A program made the translations under genes and the position numbers. From positions 1 through 54,933 of the IMG/VR virus record IMGVR_UViG_3300032332_000594: DNA of 54,933 bases; one strand, given 5' to 3'. Below, piece after piece: positions 1 through 8,814 of this stretch (positions within the stretch are counted from its first letter, which is position 1; the number at the start of each line of letters is the position of its first letter). The notes under the pieces are model-generated. The model made no database searches and was not told the DNA's origin. It saw nothing but the letters and a program-made list of their open reading frames with translations. Origin of the DNA: a virus. Taxonomy: Duplodnaviria > Caudoviricetes.

Positions 1-2
1 AC

Positions 3-56
3 GATGACTCAGACGATGACGATGACTCAGACGATGACGATGACTCAGACGATGAT
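3..56 (+). repeat. 3 x 18-nt in-frame tandem repeat GATGACTCAGACGATGAY (DDSDDD)
   Basis: Copies at 3-20, 21-38 and 39-56. Confidence 0.9.
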
Positions 57-998
57 GACTCTGACTCTGAGGGTGACGCAAACGGTGCAGGTGACGAAGG
101 CTCTGACTTTGACTCCTACGTTGAGCAAGTCAAAGAGAGTCTAGATAACCTTCTTGATGATGTCTTTGATACAGTTCGCAATGAGGTCGAAGACTTGATT
201 CGTCAAGCCAACGGTGAGGAAGGCCTGTCCACTACTGACGAGAAACAGCCTGAGAAGTTGGTTGAGTCCAAGGGTGACTTTGTTCTCAAGAATGCTGACC
301 AAGCGACTGTGGCTATGGCTCGTGCGTTTGGTCATGAGTTGGAACGCTTGCGTGCTGACTCTGACCCCGGCTGGGACAAGGGTGTGTCGTCCGGCCGTCT
401 CAACCCACTAGCCGTTGTGCGTGGTGATGACTGGGACAGCATTTACGACCGCTGGTCTGAAGGCAAGGTTGACAGCACTGACATTGAGTGTGTCATTGCT
501 CTAGACAACAGTGGTTCTATGGAAGGCGTAAATGCTGACTTCGCTTACCGAGCGATGTGGGCAATCAAGCGTTCACTAGATGTTGTCGAAGCACGCACCA
601 CTGTGCTGACCTTCAACTCAGTCTGTAATACGTTGTACGACGCTACCGAGCGTGCGACCAATCGTATTAAAGATGCAGGTGCTGGTGGTGGTACTGCGCC
701 ACACCGCGCTCTGAACTACGCACAGCGTGTGTTCAGTGAAAGTGACCGAGCAATCAAGTTGTTGTTCGTAATCACTGACGGTGACTGGGGCGGAAGTGTT
801 TCAGGTATCGAACCTGATGACATCATTAAGAAGTTGCGTAACGCTAATGTCTTGACAGCGCTCGCACAGATTGGTGGCTACGGTATCAATGCCCACAACT
901 GTGAAGTCACCTACAAAATCGGCAGTGCCGAATCTCTCACCAAACTTGGGCGTGAAGTAGTGCGTCTAGGTATCGAACGTCAAGTATCCAATTACTAA
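3..998 (+). CDS. vWA (MIDAS) domain protein with acidic linker, CobT-like; 5'-truncated by window
   Basis: Frame is open from nt 3; DNSGSM (DxSxS), GGT and VITDG MIDAS motifs; SGRLN motif; Asp-rich linker upstream. Confidence 0.85.
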   Translation, partial: DDSDDDDDSDDDDDSDDDDSDSEGDANGAGDEGSDFDSYVEQVKESLDNLLDDVFDTVRNEVEDLIRQANGEEGLSTTDEKQPEKLVESKGDFVLKNADQATVAMARAFGHELERLRADSDPGWDKGVSSGRLNPLAVVRGDDWDSIYDRWSEGKVDSTDIECVIALDNSGSMEGVNADFAYRAMWAIKRSLDVVEARTTVLTFNSVCNTLYDATERATNRIKDAGAGGGTAPHRALNYAQRVFSESDRAIKLLFVITDGDWGGSVSGIEPDDIIKKLRNANVLTALAQIGGYGINAHNCEVTYKIGSAESLTKLGREVVRLGIERQVSNY

Positions 999-1012
999 GG
1001 AGTAAACCACCT

Positions 1013-1612
1013 ATGAAGAGTGCAGAACTAGTAGCCAATCGTGTCTACGGATACGTATCACCAAGCGCATACAAGTCACGAGATGCTCGTGACCCCATAA
1101 AGTCCCGTCGTCAAGACCTGATACAGGGTACGCTTGTAGACCTCAAGCAGTACCCATACAACAAGGACTACACATCGCAGTACAGTGCGTCAGGATTACC
1201 AGCACCTGTGTCTCCGGGCCATAAGGGTACGTGGGGCGTCCTGTTACAGCGTGCAAACGGTAACTTTGACATTGTTCGTCCGGTCGACATTGTCGGTGAG
1301 TGGTCTGGTCTTGATGCTCGCTGGACCAAAGCAGAAGCCGAAGCCAAAGCCTTAGCGGAGGCGCAAGCAATCGTCGATAAGATGAACGCAGAGAAAGATG
1401 CTGAGGAACGCCGGTTACTAGAGAAGCGTTCTGAGTACGTCACGTCTCAAGTCAAGAACCTTACGACCGAGACAATCGATCTTCAGTTCGAAGTGCAGGG
1501 TGCTAATGACTATCGCAACCGTACACGTAGAGTAAGGTCTTTGGTTACCTTGTCGCTTGATGACTTTAACCATCTGATTGAGCGTATGTTCGAAGAGATT
1601 GAGAGTAGGTAG
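1013..1612 (+). CDS. hypothetical protein with coiled-coil segment
   Basis: 199-aa ORF, AAGGAG RBS. Confidence 0.8.
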   Translation: MKSAELVANRVYGYVSPSAYKSRDARDPIKSRRQDLIQGTLVDLKQYPYNKDYTSQYSASGLPAPVSPGHKGTWGVLLQRANGNFDIVRPVDIVGEWSGLDARWTKAEAEAKALAEAQAIVDKMNAEKDAEERRLLEKRSEYVTSQVKNLTTETIDLQFEVQGANDYRNRTRRVRSLVTLSLDDFNHLIERMFEEIESR

Positions 1613-1614
1613 GT

Positions 1615-1896
1615 ATGTCTGAACCATTGCTTAGGGACTTGCTAGGCGGTGCGCTCAAGCATCAGCGCCTTGTTAAAGATAAGACTCTTAGGGGTGTGTC
1701 TTTCAGGGCGAAGGTGTCGCTTGGGTATCTCAGCGAGATTGAGCGAGGTATGAAAGAGCCTTCATCAGAGGTCCTGCGCAGGGTGTGTTTTGCGCTTAAC
1801 CTTCCGCTCGCTGACCTACTGCGTACCTTAGCCGATGACCTTGACTTAATAACAGGTAGGGAGAGTGTTACAAGTGGCACGCAAGTCCAGCGGTAA
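1615..1896 (+). CDS. clgR: XRE-family HTH regulator, ClgR-like
   Basis: LLRDLLGGAL...TLRGVS..AKVSLGYLSEIERGMKEPSSEVL..VC.AL closely follows the actinobacterial ClgR pattern. Confidence 0.8.
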   Translation: MSEPLLRDLLGGALKHQRLVKDKTLRGVSFRAKVSLGYLSEIERGMKEPSSEVLRRVCFALNLPLADLLRTLADDLDLITGRESVTSGTQVQR

Positions 1897-2014
1897 GTAC
1901 GTCACAGGGTGGTGTGGGGGACAACCTCACGAACAGGCGCACGACAAGTGCCCCCACATCACCACGTCAAACGTTGTGTGTGAGTGTAAATGTCATAAGG
2001 AGGATGTAAAGTGA
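1874..2014 (+). CDS. 46-aa Cys/His-rich protein (not in ORF track)
   Basis: GTG start after GGGAGAG; MARKSSGKYVTGWCGG...CECKCHKEDVK; stop overlaps next start (GTGA). Confidence 0.65.
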   Translation: MARKSSGKYVTGWCGGQPHEQAHDKCPHITTSNVVCECKCHKEDVK

Positions 2015-2274
2015 GTAATCCAATGTATGAGTACATCGCACGCAAGTTACGAGAGGCATCGTTTGGGTGGCCGGAAGAGGATGACGAGTTCTATGACCTT
2101 GTGCGCTTCTGCTTTGACAAAGCAAAAGAGTATGAGCGTCTTAATACACAGTCTAAGAAACCTATTTACGACACTAAGACTAACCCATACATGAAAGAAG
2201 AGTGGAATCACCACTCAGGTATGAACCCCAACCACTACTACAACAAACCATGGAAAGATAAGGACACGAAATGA
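2011..2274 (+). CDS. hypothetical protein
   Basis: AAGGAGG RBS; overlaps with both neighbours. Confidence 0.75.
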   Translation: MSNPMYEYIARKLREASFGWPEEDDEFYDLVRFCFDKAKEYERLNTQSKKPIYDTKTNPYMKEEWNHHSGMNPNHYYNKPWKDKDTK

Positions 2275-2534
2275 ACCAAGAAGAAATCACAAACAAAATC
2301 GAACAACTAAAAGGAGAGCGAACAGCCTTGATTGACAACGCTATTACCGAAGCCTACACATCCGGACGTTTGTATGAACGTGCCATCATCTCTCAGGCTG
2401 TAGCAAACATCTTCTACAGCGTATTGCGTCACCCTGCGCATGCACAGAGCGACATTGAGAACATTCTTAAGAGTGTTGCTACAGCAATCCGCACAGGTGC
2501 TCATGCAATCTCATTGGAGGAAGATGATGAGTGA
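2271..2534 (+). CDS. hypothetical protein
   Basis: ATGA overlap, AAGGA RBS. Confidence 0.75.
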   Translation: MNQEEITNKIEQLKGERTALIDNAITEAYTSGRLYERAIISQAVANIFYSVLRHPAHAQSDIENILKSVATAIRTGAHAISLEEDDE

Positions 2535-2775
2535 CTACGATAAAGTATTAAAGAAACATCTTAAGGTAGCAAAGGAGCAAGGCTTTGCTATTAAGCGAGC
2601 ACAGGGAGGGCACATCTCAATAGTTAATACAGTAACTAATCATAAGATTAACGTGCCCTCCACTATCTCTAGTAAGACAACAATGCTCAATGCAGTTACT
2701 AGAATGAAACGTATCGGATACCTTGACCTAGTGAGTCAAGCCAAAGGTAAGAAGAAGGTGAGCGACCATGCATGA
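2527..2775 (+). CDS. HicA-like toxin (dsRBD-fold RNase)
   Basis: QGF.I....GGH and PST.S....N....KRIG pattern of actinophage HicA-like proteins; start re-called after GGAGG. Confidence 0.65.
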   Translation: MSDYDKVLKKHLKVAKEQGFAIKRAQGGHISIVNTVTNHKINVPSTISSKTTMLNAVTRMKRIGYLDLVSQAKGKKKVSDHA

Positions 2776-2953
2776 TTGGTTGGACACGCGAGACATCGCA
2801 CAAGAGGTAGGGCTCAAGCAAGAGACCCTAAAGAAGTACAGACTACGAGGTGCCATGCCTAAACCGGACAGGTACTTTGGCAAGACGCCAGTGTGGTCAA
2901 GGGAAACAATTACGCAGTGGCACGAGTCACGCGTCCGTCACAAGCAACACTAA
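2768..2953 (+). CDS. AlpA/excisionase-like winged-HTH protein
   Basis: WLDTRDIA...GLKQETL..YR.RG.MPKPD..FG.TPVW. Confidence 0.8.
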   Translation: MHDWLDTRDIAQEVGLKQETLKKYRLRGAMPKPDRYFGKTPVWSRETITQWHESRVRHKQH

Positions 2954-2959
2954 GTCAAT

Positions 2960-2989
2960 TTGCAGAGTGTCCACGCTGTGTGGTACATT
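2960..2989 (+). promoter_or_regulatory. sigmaA-like promoter TTGCAG-N18-TACATT with extended TGn
   Basis: Intergenic, upstream of the AAGGAG RBS of the 3022 ORF. Confidence 0.55.
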
Positions 2990-3021
2990 CTTACTAACCA
3001 ACTAACAAGGAGCAATACACA

Positions 3022-3141
3022 ATGAGTAACACCGACAAAATCAAGAAGGCTCTCGAAATCCGTATCAAGAACACACCGAACGTGCGTGGCTACAACAAGC
3101 CGGGTTCGATGAATAAGAAGAAGACCGGCTACGCTAAGTAG
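3022..3141 (+). CDS. 39-aa basic peptide (not in ORF track)
   Basis: AAGGAG RBS; MSNTDKIKKALEIRIKNTPNVRGYNKPGSMNKKKTGYAK; followed by a terminator. Confidence 0.75.
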   Translation: MSNTDKIKKALEIRIKNTPNVRGYNKPGSMNKKKTGYAK

Positions 3142-3150
3142 TCGTTAAAT

Positions 3151-3185
3151 AAAGAAGGCCCCCCAATCGGGGGGCTTTCTTTTTT
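3151..3185. terminator. bidirectional intrinsic terminator
   Basis: GCCCCCC-AATC-GGGGGGC stem flanked by A-rich and T-rich tracts at the strand convergence point. Confidence 0.9.
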
Positions 3186-3597
3186 ATTTAGGCCGACATA
3201 GCGGACACGTCTTATTCGGTGGGTGAGACTCGTGTGCTCGCTGTAATTGTTTGGCTTTCTGATCTTTCTTATTACGATTAGTCTGGGTCTTGCTACGGAT
3301 AGACTCTGTAGCCTGAGCCTTCTCCTTAGCCTGAATCTGCTCAGGGGTTACGCCCGGCTCATTACGCCAGACAGTAATGACTCCAGTCCTATCTTTATCA
3401 GTAACAACAGAGATAGTATGGCCTTCATTAGAGTGCATGTCCGGCCCTGTGTGAACTACAGATTCCTCATTAGTCCTACTAGGCATACGGCTAGTAGCGT
3501 GGCGGTAAGCATGACGTACCTGTGGCCAAGAGATGTCACGACTCCAAGAGCGTTGGTCAGCATGGCCAAAAGGCATCGGGGGCTCTAAAAAACTCAT
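3184..3597 (-). CDS. hypothetical protein, basic C-terminus ending in a CxxC motif
   Basis: 137-aa ORF between two terminators; ATG lies 6 nt after GATAAT. Confidence 0.7.
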   Translation of the reverse strand: MSFLEPPMPFGHADQRSWSRDISWPQVRHAYRHATSRMPSRTNEESVVHTGPDMHSNEGHTISVVTDKDRTGVITVWRNEPGVTPEQIQAKEKAQATESIRSKTQTNRNKKDQKAKQLQRAHESHPPNKTCPLCRPK

Positions 3598-3603
3598 GCT
3601 TTA

Positions 3604-3632
3604 ATTATCCTTTAATACTTCTTTAATTTCTA
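3604..3632 (-). promoter_or_regulatory. candidate promoter TAGAAA-N17-GATAAT, leaderless
   Basis: Same spacing as the recurring motif; no RBS before the ATG. Confidence 0.45.
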
Positions 3633-3635
3633 TTT

Positions 3636-3670
3636 AAAAAGGCCCCCCGCCTTGTGAGCAGGGGGCCTTC
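3636..3670 (-). terminator. intrinsic terminator downstream of nrdJ
   Basis: AAGGCCCCC...GGGGGCCTT stem followed by a T-tract on the - strand. Confidence 0.85.
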
Positions 3671-3699
3671 GTATTACCCTCAGGTGAGAAGGGTAAGCC

Positions 3700-5733
3700 T
3701 TATTGAGTAATCCACTTAACTTCGCAAGCATCGGTGGTGCAGTACATCTCACCGATAGCATCTGCGCCCATACCTTGATACACAGGCGTGAAATCAATGG
3801 GCATTAACCTTGCAACATACTGTTCGTAGTCGTCTTCAGTAATCTTCGTGTAAGGCATTTGAGGGTACGTGTCGTTGCCCTGTGGCAAGAACGACACAGT
3901 CTTCAACTGTCCGTCGTACATGTGAAGAACTCGGCCCACAGCGTCTGACTCAGTCTCTGTATTAAAAGAAATAGTTACAGATACAGAATTATCTGACCAG
4001 TACCGCTGTGCGTGTGCTGCAAGAGCCATCTTCTCATAGATAGATACATCAGTGTCAGCACGTTCAGCATCCGACTTAATAGGGAAGAACACCACGTTAG
4101 TAGTATCAGGAGATTCGCTGGCTGCTTCAATGATGTACCCTGCTGCATTAAACAATGGAAGCATTGGGTCATCAATACCAAAGCGAATAGCACGCAAGAA
4201 GTACTTACCGCCCGGAGTCCAGTGAACGCCCGGAGACTCACCAGCCACGATAGAGACAGTGCCTGAAGGCTTAACAGTGGTCATCTTAATAGACTCACGA
4301 ATACCCAACCACTCGCTGTAAGTGGTGTCGTAGTACTTGATGGTCTTGTAACCATCGTCCATCCAGTCACGAAGAACAGGCAAGCCATTCTTATCAGTAA
4401 AGTTAGCAATGCCTGACATAGATGTACCAATGCGACGGTTACGTTGCATGATGGCGTTGGTCTCTTCCCAATGCGTTGGAAGCAAAGTCACAGACTTGGC
4501 GTACAGGTAAGCAAACTTAAGCGTACGCTTGTAGTCCTCAAGAGACTCATGGCGATTCAAGTAAGTCTCAACCAAAGTACAGCACTCATAAGATTCAAGA
4601 CTCTGCTCTGCACAAGGGTTGTAACCTGCTACACGCCAATCCTTGTTGTTCTCAGGGTCAATCAAACGACCATACTTGCGAGAAGTGTCAAGCCAGATAA
4701 CTCCGGGCTCACCGTTAAGGGCGATGTTCTTAACAAGGTGTGAAAGGTCTTCACCTACGTTAACGCCTACAGAGTTGTTAGACATCCAACCCCATCCCGG
4801 AGCCTTCTGAGAGTAAGAGTTACGCTCAGGGAAAGCCTTTGAGTTCTTAAGGTTAAGGAAGTCTTCATCAGTTGCGCTTCCAATAAGAAGTTCAGCAGAG
4901 CGTCGAACGTTGCCACTAACTACACAAACACCAATGAGGTTACCAATGTCAGCAAGGTCTACTCCCGTAAGAAGTGAGCCCTTGCGACCTTCAAATAACT
5001 TTCGGATTGCTTTATGCAACTTCTTAAGAGGTGCTGGACCAGAAGCAGTGCCCCCAAAAGTATTAATAGGAGTACCTTCAGGGCGCACCTGTGAGTAGTC
5101 AAATTCATACGTAGGCTGGTCAGCCTTCAAGAAAGAGTTAATCAAATCAATAGTAGAGTTAGCCCAGCCTTCGCGAGTATCTGGAATAGCGTAAGCAACT
5201 ACATCTTGCTTAGGTTCGTAAATAACAAACTCTTTATCAGCACCCTTGTTATCAAAGCCAACTCCCACACCAAGCATGGACGCTTCCATGAGGAAGCCAA
5301 AAGGCTTTCCGGGGTTGTGTTTAGTCATCTCATTGGTAGACACAAAAGCACAGTTCTGCAATGCCGCGGAGTTCTTGTGCTCATTAACTAGTGGTGTGCC
5401 CATAACCCAAAGACCTCGTCCGGGCGGAGTCCACTTAAGGTTAAAGAGACGGTCAAAGGCTTCCTTAGCAGATGCTTGAGCCTTGTGCTCATTCCATGGA
5501 AGACGGCTGGACTTGCAGTGGTCCTTCTGCAAAGAATACATGCCATTAATGACACGCTCACAAACCTCTACCCAAGTCTCCTTGGTGCCGTCAGCCTTCT
5601 TGCGTGAGTACGTGCGGAGGAAAGTAACTTCTCCAACACTATTGCCCCCAGCATCTCGGTATCCGAATGGGGCTTTCTTATCTTTATAACTTGCTACGTA
5701 TTCTTCATTCAATTTAAATGAAAGAAAAGTCAC
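3700..5733 (-). CDS. nrdJ: class II adenosylcobalamin-dependent ribonucleotide reductase (monomeric RTPR type)
   Basis: TFLRTYSR, PPGRGLW, NCAF, VRRSAE, NPCAEQ, TTVKPSGT and C-terminal CTTDAC motifs; AGGAG RBS. Confidence 0.97.
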   Translation of the reverse strand: MTFLSFKLNEEYVASYKDKKAPFGYRDAGGNSVGEVTFLRTYSRKKADGTKETWVEVCERVINGMYSLQKDHCKSSRLPWNEHKAQASAKEAFDRLFNLKWTPPGRGLWVMGTPLVNEHKNSAALQNCAFVSTNEMTKHNPGKPFGFLMEASMLGVGVGFDNKGADKEFVIYEPKQDVVAYAIPDTREGWANSTIDLINSFLKADQPTYEFDYSQVRPEGTPINTFGGTASGPAPLKKLHKAIRKLFEGRKGSLLTGVDLADIGNLIGVCVVSGNVRRSAELLIGSATDEDFLNLKNSKAFPERNSYSQKAPGWGWMSNNSVGVNVGEDLSHLVKNIALNGEPGVIWLDTSRKYGRLIDPENNKDWRVAGYNPCAEQSLESYECCTLVETYLNRHESLEDYKRTLKFAYLYAKSVTLLPTHWEETNAIMQRNRRIGTSMSGIANFTDKNGLPVLRDWMDDGYKTIKYYDTTYSEWLGIRESIKMTTVKPSGTVSIVAGESPGVHWTPGGKYFLRAIRFGIDDPMLPLFNAAGYIIEAASESPDTTNVVFFPIKSDAERADTDVSIYEKMALAAHAQRYWSDNSVSVTISFNTETESDAVGRVLHMYDGQLKTVSFLPQGNDTYPQMPYTKITEDDYEQYVARLMPIDFTPVYQGMGADAIGEMYCTTDACEVKWITQ

Positions 5734-5778
5734 CTGTAATCTCCTAAATTAATGCACTAAAAGTATGTGCGGGGTTCA

Positions 5779-5807
5779 ACATTACACACCAAGAGTTAGG
5801 TGCGCAA
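5779..5807 (-). promoter_or_regulatory. sigmaA-like promoter TTGCGC-N17-TAATGT for nrdJ
   Basis: Canonical spacing in the intergenic region. Confidence 0.6.
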
Positions 5808-5860
5808 CCAGTAAAGTAGGGTAGATACCCTTCCAAGGGAAACTTTACGCTGTTATCAGA

Positions 5861-7417
5861 TCAGTCTTCAATAGACTGTTGAATGATTCTTGTGGTCTGA
5901 TTCTCGTCATAACCACCGTTATCAAGGTCGCGCAAAGCCTGTGCTCGGTCTCCAAAAATGGCGGACAAAACGCCTCCTGAAGACTGTCGTTCCATAGTCA
6001 ATCGGAACGTTTCTTTAGTGTCATCTAATTCTTTAACAGTCTTAACTAACTTGAATAAACGGTCAATCTCTTGCCCTGTATTTGGGTCAGGGTATCCGCC
6101 GTTCAATTCCTCGCCAAACCTTGCAAATGCTACTCTTTGGCCTTGCATTTCAATAATAGAGTTAAGTAAACCAGTGAGTTGGTCACGCGTCTTAATCTCA
6201 ATAGGCATGTTAAATGCGCAGGTGTTATCTGGCTTAAATGCTGGGCAATTTGATGCTACAAAACAGGTGTTGCACTGCCTCAAAGAAGCCCCTGAAGACT
6301 GTACGACAGGCACCTCTCGGAGCACGTCTCTACCCTCATCATCAGTGTCTACGATGGTCTTCATTTGGTACCCAAAAACAGGTAAATTGATGGTCTCAGA
6401 AGGGTCTCTAGCCACTAAACTTTGCTGCACCATTTGACCCTTGTTATCAGAAGGGGTGGTATCTAAATCGGTCAAACCTGTGTAGAGAGTATCATCGGTG
6501 TTATCAGATAGCATCCCAATAAATTCTTTAATAGGGTCTAGGTCCGAGGGTTCTTGAGGAGAATTGCCCATACCGCCTTCAATAACTTGGAACGGTCGTT
6601 CAGGCTTCTTCTTATCCATGGATTCTTCCAATCTTTGGTAAGACCACACTGCCATCTTGGTGGTCTCTACGTTATCCCCTGCTAAGAACTTACCAACATC
6701 TAGCCCTGCTTTCAGTGCTTGCGTCCGGTATCTTGGCAAGGCTTGCTGGCGCATCTTCTTAGGGTAACGAGATAACTTACCGCCGTCCCATGCGATTACT
6801 TCTCCACGACGCATAGGAGAGAGCCAAGACAATGTAGAGGCTGTAGTGAAAGGTACTTGGCGCAAGTTATCTGGCTTTGCGGTGGCTAACGCGTGAAAGT
6901 TAGTTCCATTACTTCTGCGTAGGCTCTGAGTTAACGATGCTAGGTTAGTCGTAGCCTCTATGGACTCATGAGGTATTGCTATGTTATTAAAGGACTGAGA
7001 TAAAGATACTAAAGTCCCCGGGCCTTGTTCGGCATGCCAGACTGGCCAAAACTTATCTTCAGCATCCATCATTGCTATGCGCTGATTGTTAATCCATGTA
7101 GTGCCCATAGAAAGAGCGTCAAACTCAGTGAACGCGCTAATACGGTCAAAGTTCTCAACAATAAACTCTTCGTACCTAACAGCAAAGTCATTGAGTTCTT
7201 GCTTAGATAGCCCAGCCTTCTCGGCTTGGTAAGCCCCTGACTCTACGATTACTTTCATACTTGGATCAAAACGCTCAGAGATAAGCCAAGACTTTGTCTT
7301 AGGCATCCCACGTTTTACTATTCCCCAGAATGAGATACCAACAACCTCAGCGTTCATTGACTCTAATAAAGTTCTATTAGAACCTATCTCGGCTCCCATA
7401 AAGATAATCTTAGGCAT
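5861..7417 (-). CDS. TGT/DpdA-like TIM-barrel protein with degenerate motifs and a C-terminal 4-Cys domain
   Basis: VESGAY, FTEFD, WPVWH, FHALA and STLSW....RG occur in the same order as DSGAF, D, PVFH, HxLG and DSSSW; CxxC-x5-C-x8-C near the C-terminus. Confidence 0.55.
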   Translation of the reverse strand: MPKIIFMGAEIGSNRTLLESMNAEVVGISFWGIVKRGMPKTKSWLISERFDPSMKVIVESGAYQAEKAGLSKQELNDFAVRYEEFIVENFDRISAFTEFDALSMGTTWINNQRIAMMDAEDKFWPVWHAEQGPGTLVSLSQSFNNIAIPHESIEATTNLASLTQSLRRSNGTNFHALATAKPDNLRQVPFTTASTLSWLSPMRRGEVIAWDGGKLSRYPKKMRQQALPRYRTQALKAGLDVGKFLAGDNVETTKMAVWSYQRLEESMDKKKPERPFQVIEGGMGNSPQEPSDLDPIKEFIGMLSDNTDDTLYTGLTDLDTTPSDNKGQMVQQSLVARDPSETINLPVFGYQMKTIVDTDDEGRDVLREVPVVQSSGASLRQCNTCFVASNCPAFKPDNTCAFNMPIEIKTRDQLTGLLNSIIEMQGQRVAFARFGEELNGGYPDPNTGQEIDRLFKLVKTVKELDDTKETFRLTMERQSSGGVLSAIFGDRAQALRDLDNGGYDENQTTRIIQQSIED

Positions 7418-7420
7418 TGG

Positions 7421-7891
7421 CTACTCCCATCGATTATCTAAGTCATACCCTACTTCGTGCAGTACGCGATTCTTAATAGACTCTTCAATGTCAGTCCACG
7501 CCCGAACCTTCTTAGGGGCGTCTGGACGCCACTCAGGGCGCGATACTCCGGGGTGGGCAAATAAATACACCACAATCCCTTGGTCGAATGCCCACGCTGC
7601 CAGTGAGGGGTCAGCGGTAACCAAGGCATCCACAGGCTTTTGTGTACGTTGTAGAGTGATTTGTCGGCGAGTTAAGTCCTCACCATGAAGTCCTTGCTTG
7701 TTATCAATCAATTCATCTACCAGCGGTGAGTATCGATTCTCTGCAAGCCATCTGTTAGCAGACTCAGCAGAGTCTGCTGTAAGGATGATAAGTTCATTAA
7801 AAGGTTTAAGACCTTGCAGTAGACGAGCACCTTCAACAATAGGGTTGTTACCCCGTTGCAGTACCCCTTCTAATGTGACAAGTATTCTCAT
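7421..7891 (-). CDS. HAD-fold protein with degenerate motif I
   Basis: ILVTLEGVL in place of hhhDxDGVL; ILTA (motif II) followed by W-L. Confidence 0.6.
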   Translation of the reverse strand: MRILVTLEGVLQRGNNPIVEGARLLQGLKPFNELIILTADSAESANRWLAENRYSPLVDELIDNKQGLHGEDLTRRQITLQRTQKPVDALVTADPSLAAWAFDQGIVVYLFAHPGVSRPEWRPDAPKKVRAWTDIEESIKNRVLHEVGYDLDNRWE

Positions 7892-7893
7892 AA

Positions 7894-8814
7894 TTAACCT
7901 TGTGCACGATAAGTCGCTGCACGACGGATCAAAGTGTCAGTATCAGGTAGTTCAATACCGTAAGTTTGTTTATTAATATTTTCTTTACTAGTTGTTTGAT
8001 ACTCTTTCAACGTCTTTAATGCAGGCACCGTTCCTAGCCGTTTACCTGATTGCCAACGATAATTGTGAAAGTCTGAGTACCCTTCACCAGTGGTACTAAA
8101 GGCTCTGCGACGCCCTTCGTGAATCTCATCAAATAAAGCAGACCCCATGTCTACAGCCATGTGCAGACGAGTCTCTGCGTTACGACGAGCGGCATCATTA
8201 GGCGCATTACGTAAATCTGTCAGTGCTTGCGAGTAACGTGTAACAGTCTCTAATGCATGTTTGTGGTCTCTGTTAACTGCTTCTGACCATGCTGAGTTGG
8301 CGGGGGCATGAGCACCTTTATCTGGGAACACCGTCCAGTCATCGTGAGTGAGGTCGTAGGCTGCGTAAGGGTTAATCACCCGAATGTCTGTTGCTCCCGG
8401 ATTAACATAAAACGTAAGTTCGTAACCTTCCCAGTCTGCGGTGTGTGGCATGACGTCTGTTCTAAACTCTTCGTTTAGTTGCTTACTAATCTCAACGTCG
8501 CTTAAACCTACGTACGCAGGATTGGCTTTACGAAACTCAACGTAGTCAACCCCAAGTAAGCAGTCTAAGTCTCCGGGGTGGCGCGAGGCTGACCACTGAT
8601 ACGAAACCCCCGAACCTGCTAACCATGCATGTACCCAGTATTCAGAATGCATGTACTTCTCAGAGAGGTAGTTTAATAGGATTGAGTTAATAGCATTACG
8701 AACCCATGACTTTAGTTGAATGCCTTCGAACAATGAAGGGTCTAAGGAACCTTCGGGTGCACTAAAGTAAGAGGTCTCTGACCCCGAAACATTCACAGAA
8801 TCAGATGTGTCCAT
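7894..8814 (-). CDS. Pol-beta superfamily nucleotidyltransferase
   Basis: LAGSGVSYQW...GDLDCL (hGS...DxD) with a third acidic residue in YELTFYV. Confidence 0.75.
   Translation of the reverse strand: MDTSDSVNVSGSETSYFSAPEGSLDPSLFEGIQLKSWVRNAINSILLNYLSEKYMHSEYWVHAWLAGSGVSYQWSASRHPGDLDCLLGVDYVEFRKANPAYVGLSDVEISKQLNEEFRTDVMPHTADWEGYELTFYVNPGATDIRVINPYAAYDLTHDDWTVFPDKGAHAPANSAWSEAVNRDHKHALETVTRYSQALTDLRNAPNDAARRNAETRLHMAVDMGSALFDEIHEGRRRAFSTTGEGYSDFHNYRWQSGKRLGTVPALKTLKEYQTTSKENINKQTYGIELPDTDTLIRRAATYRAQG

Noticed and set aside
5734-5860. Cobalamin riboswitch or NrdR boxes upstream of nrdJ
   Set aside because: The region is too short for a typical cobalamin riboswitch; no B12 box or convincing NrdR palindrome was seen
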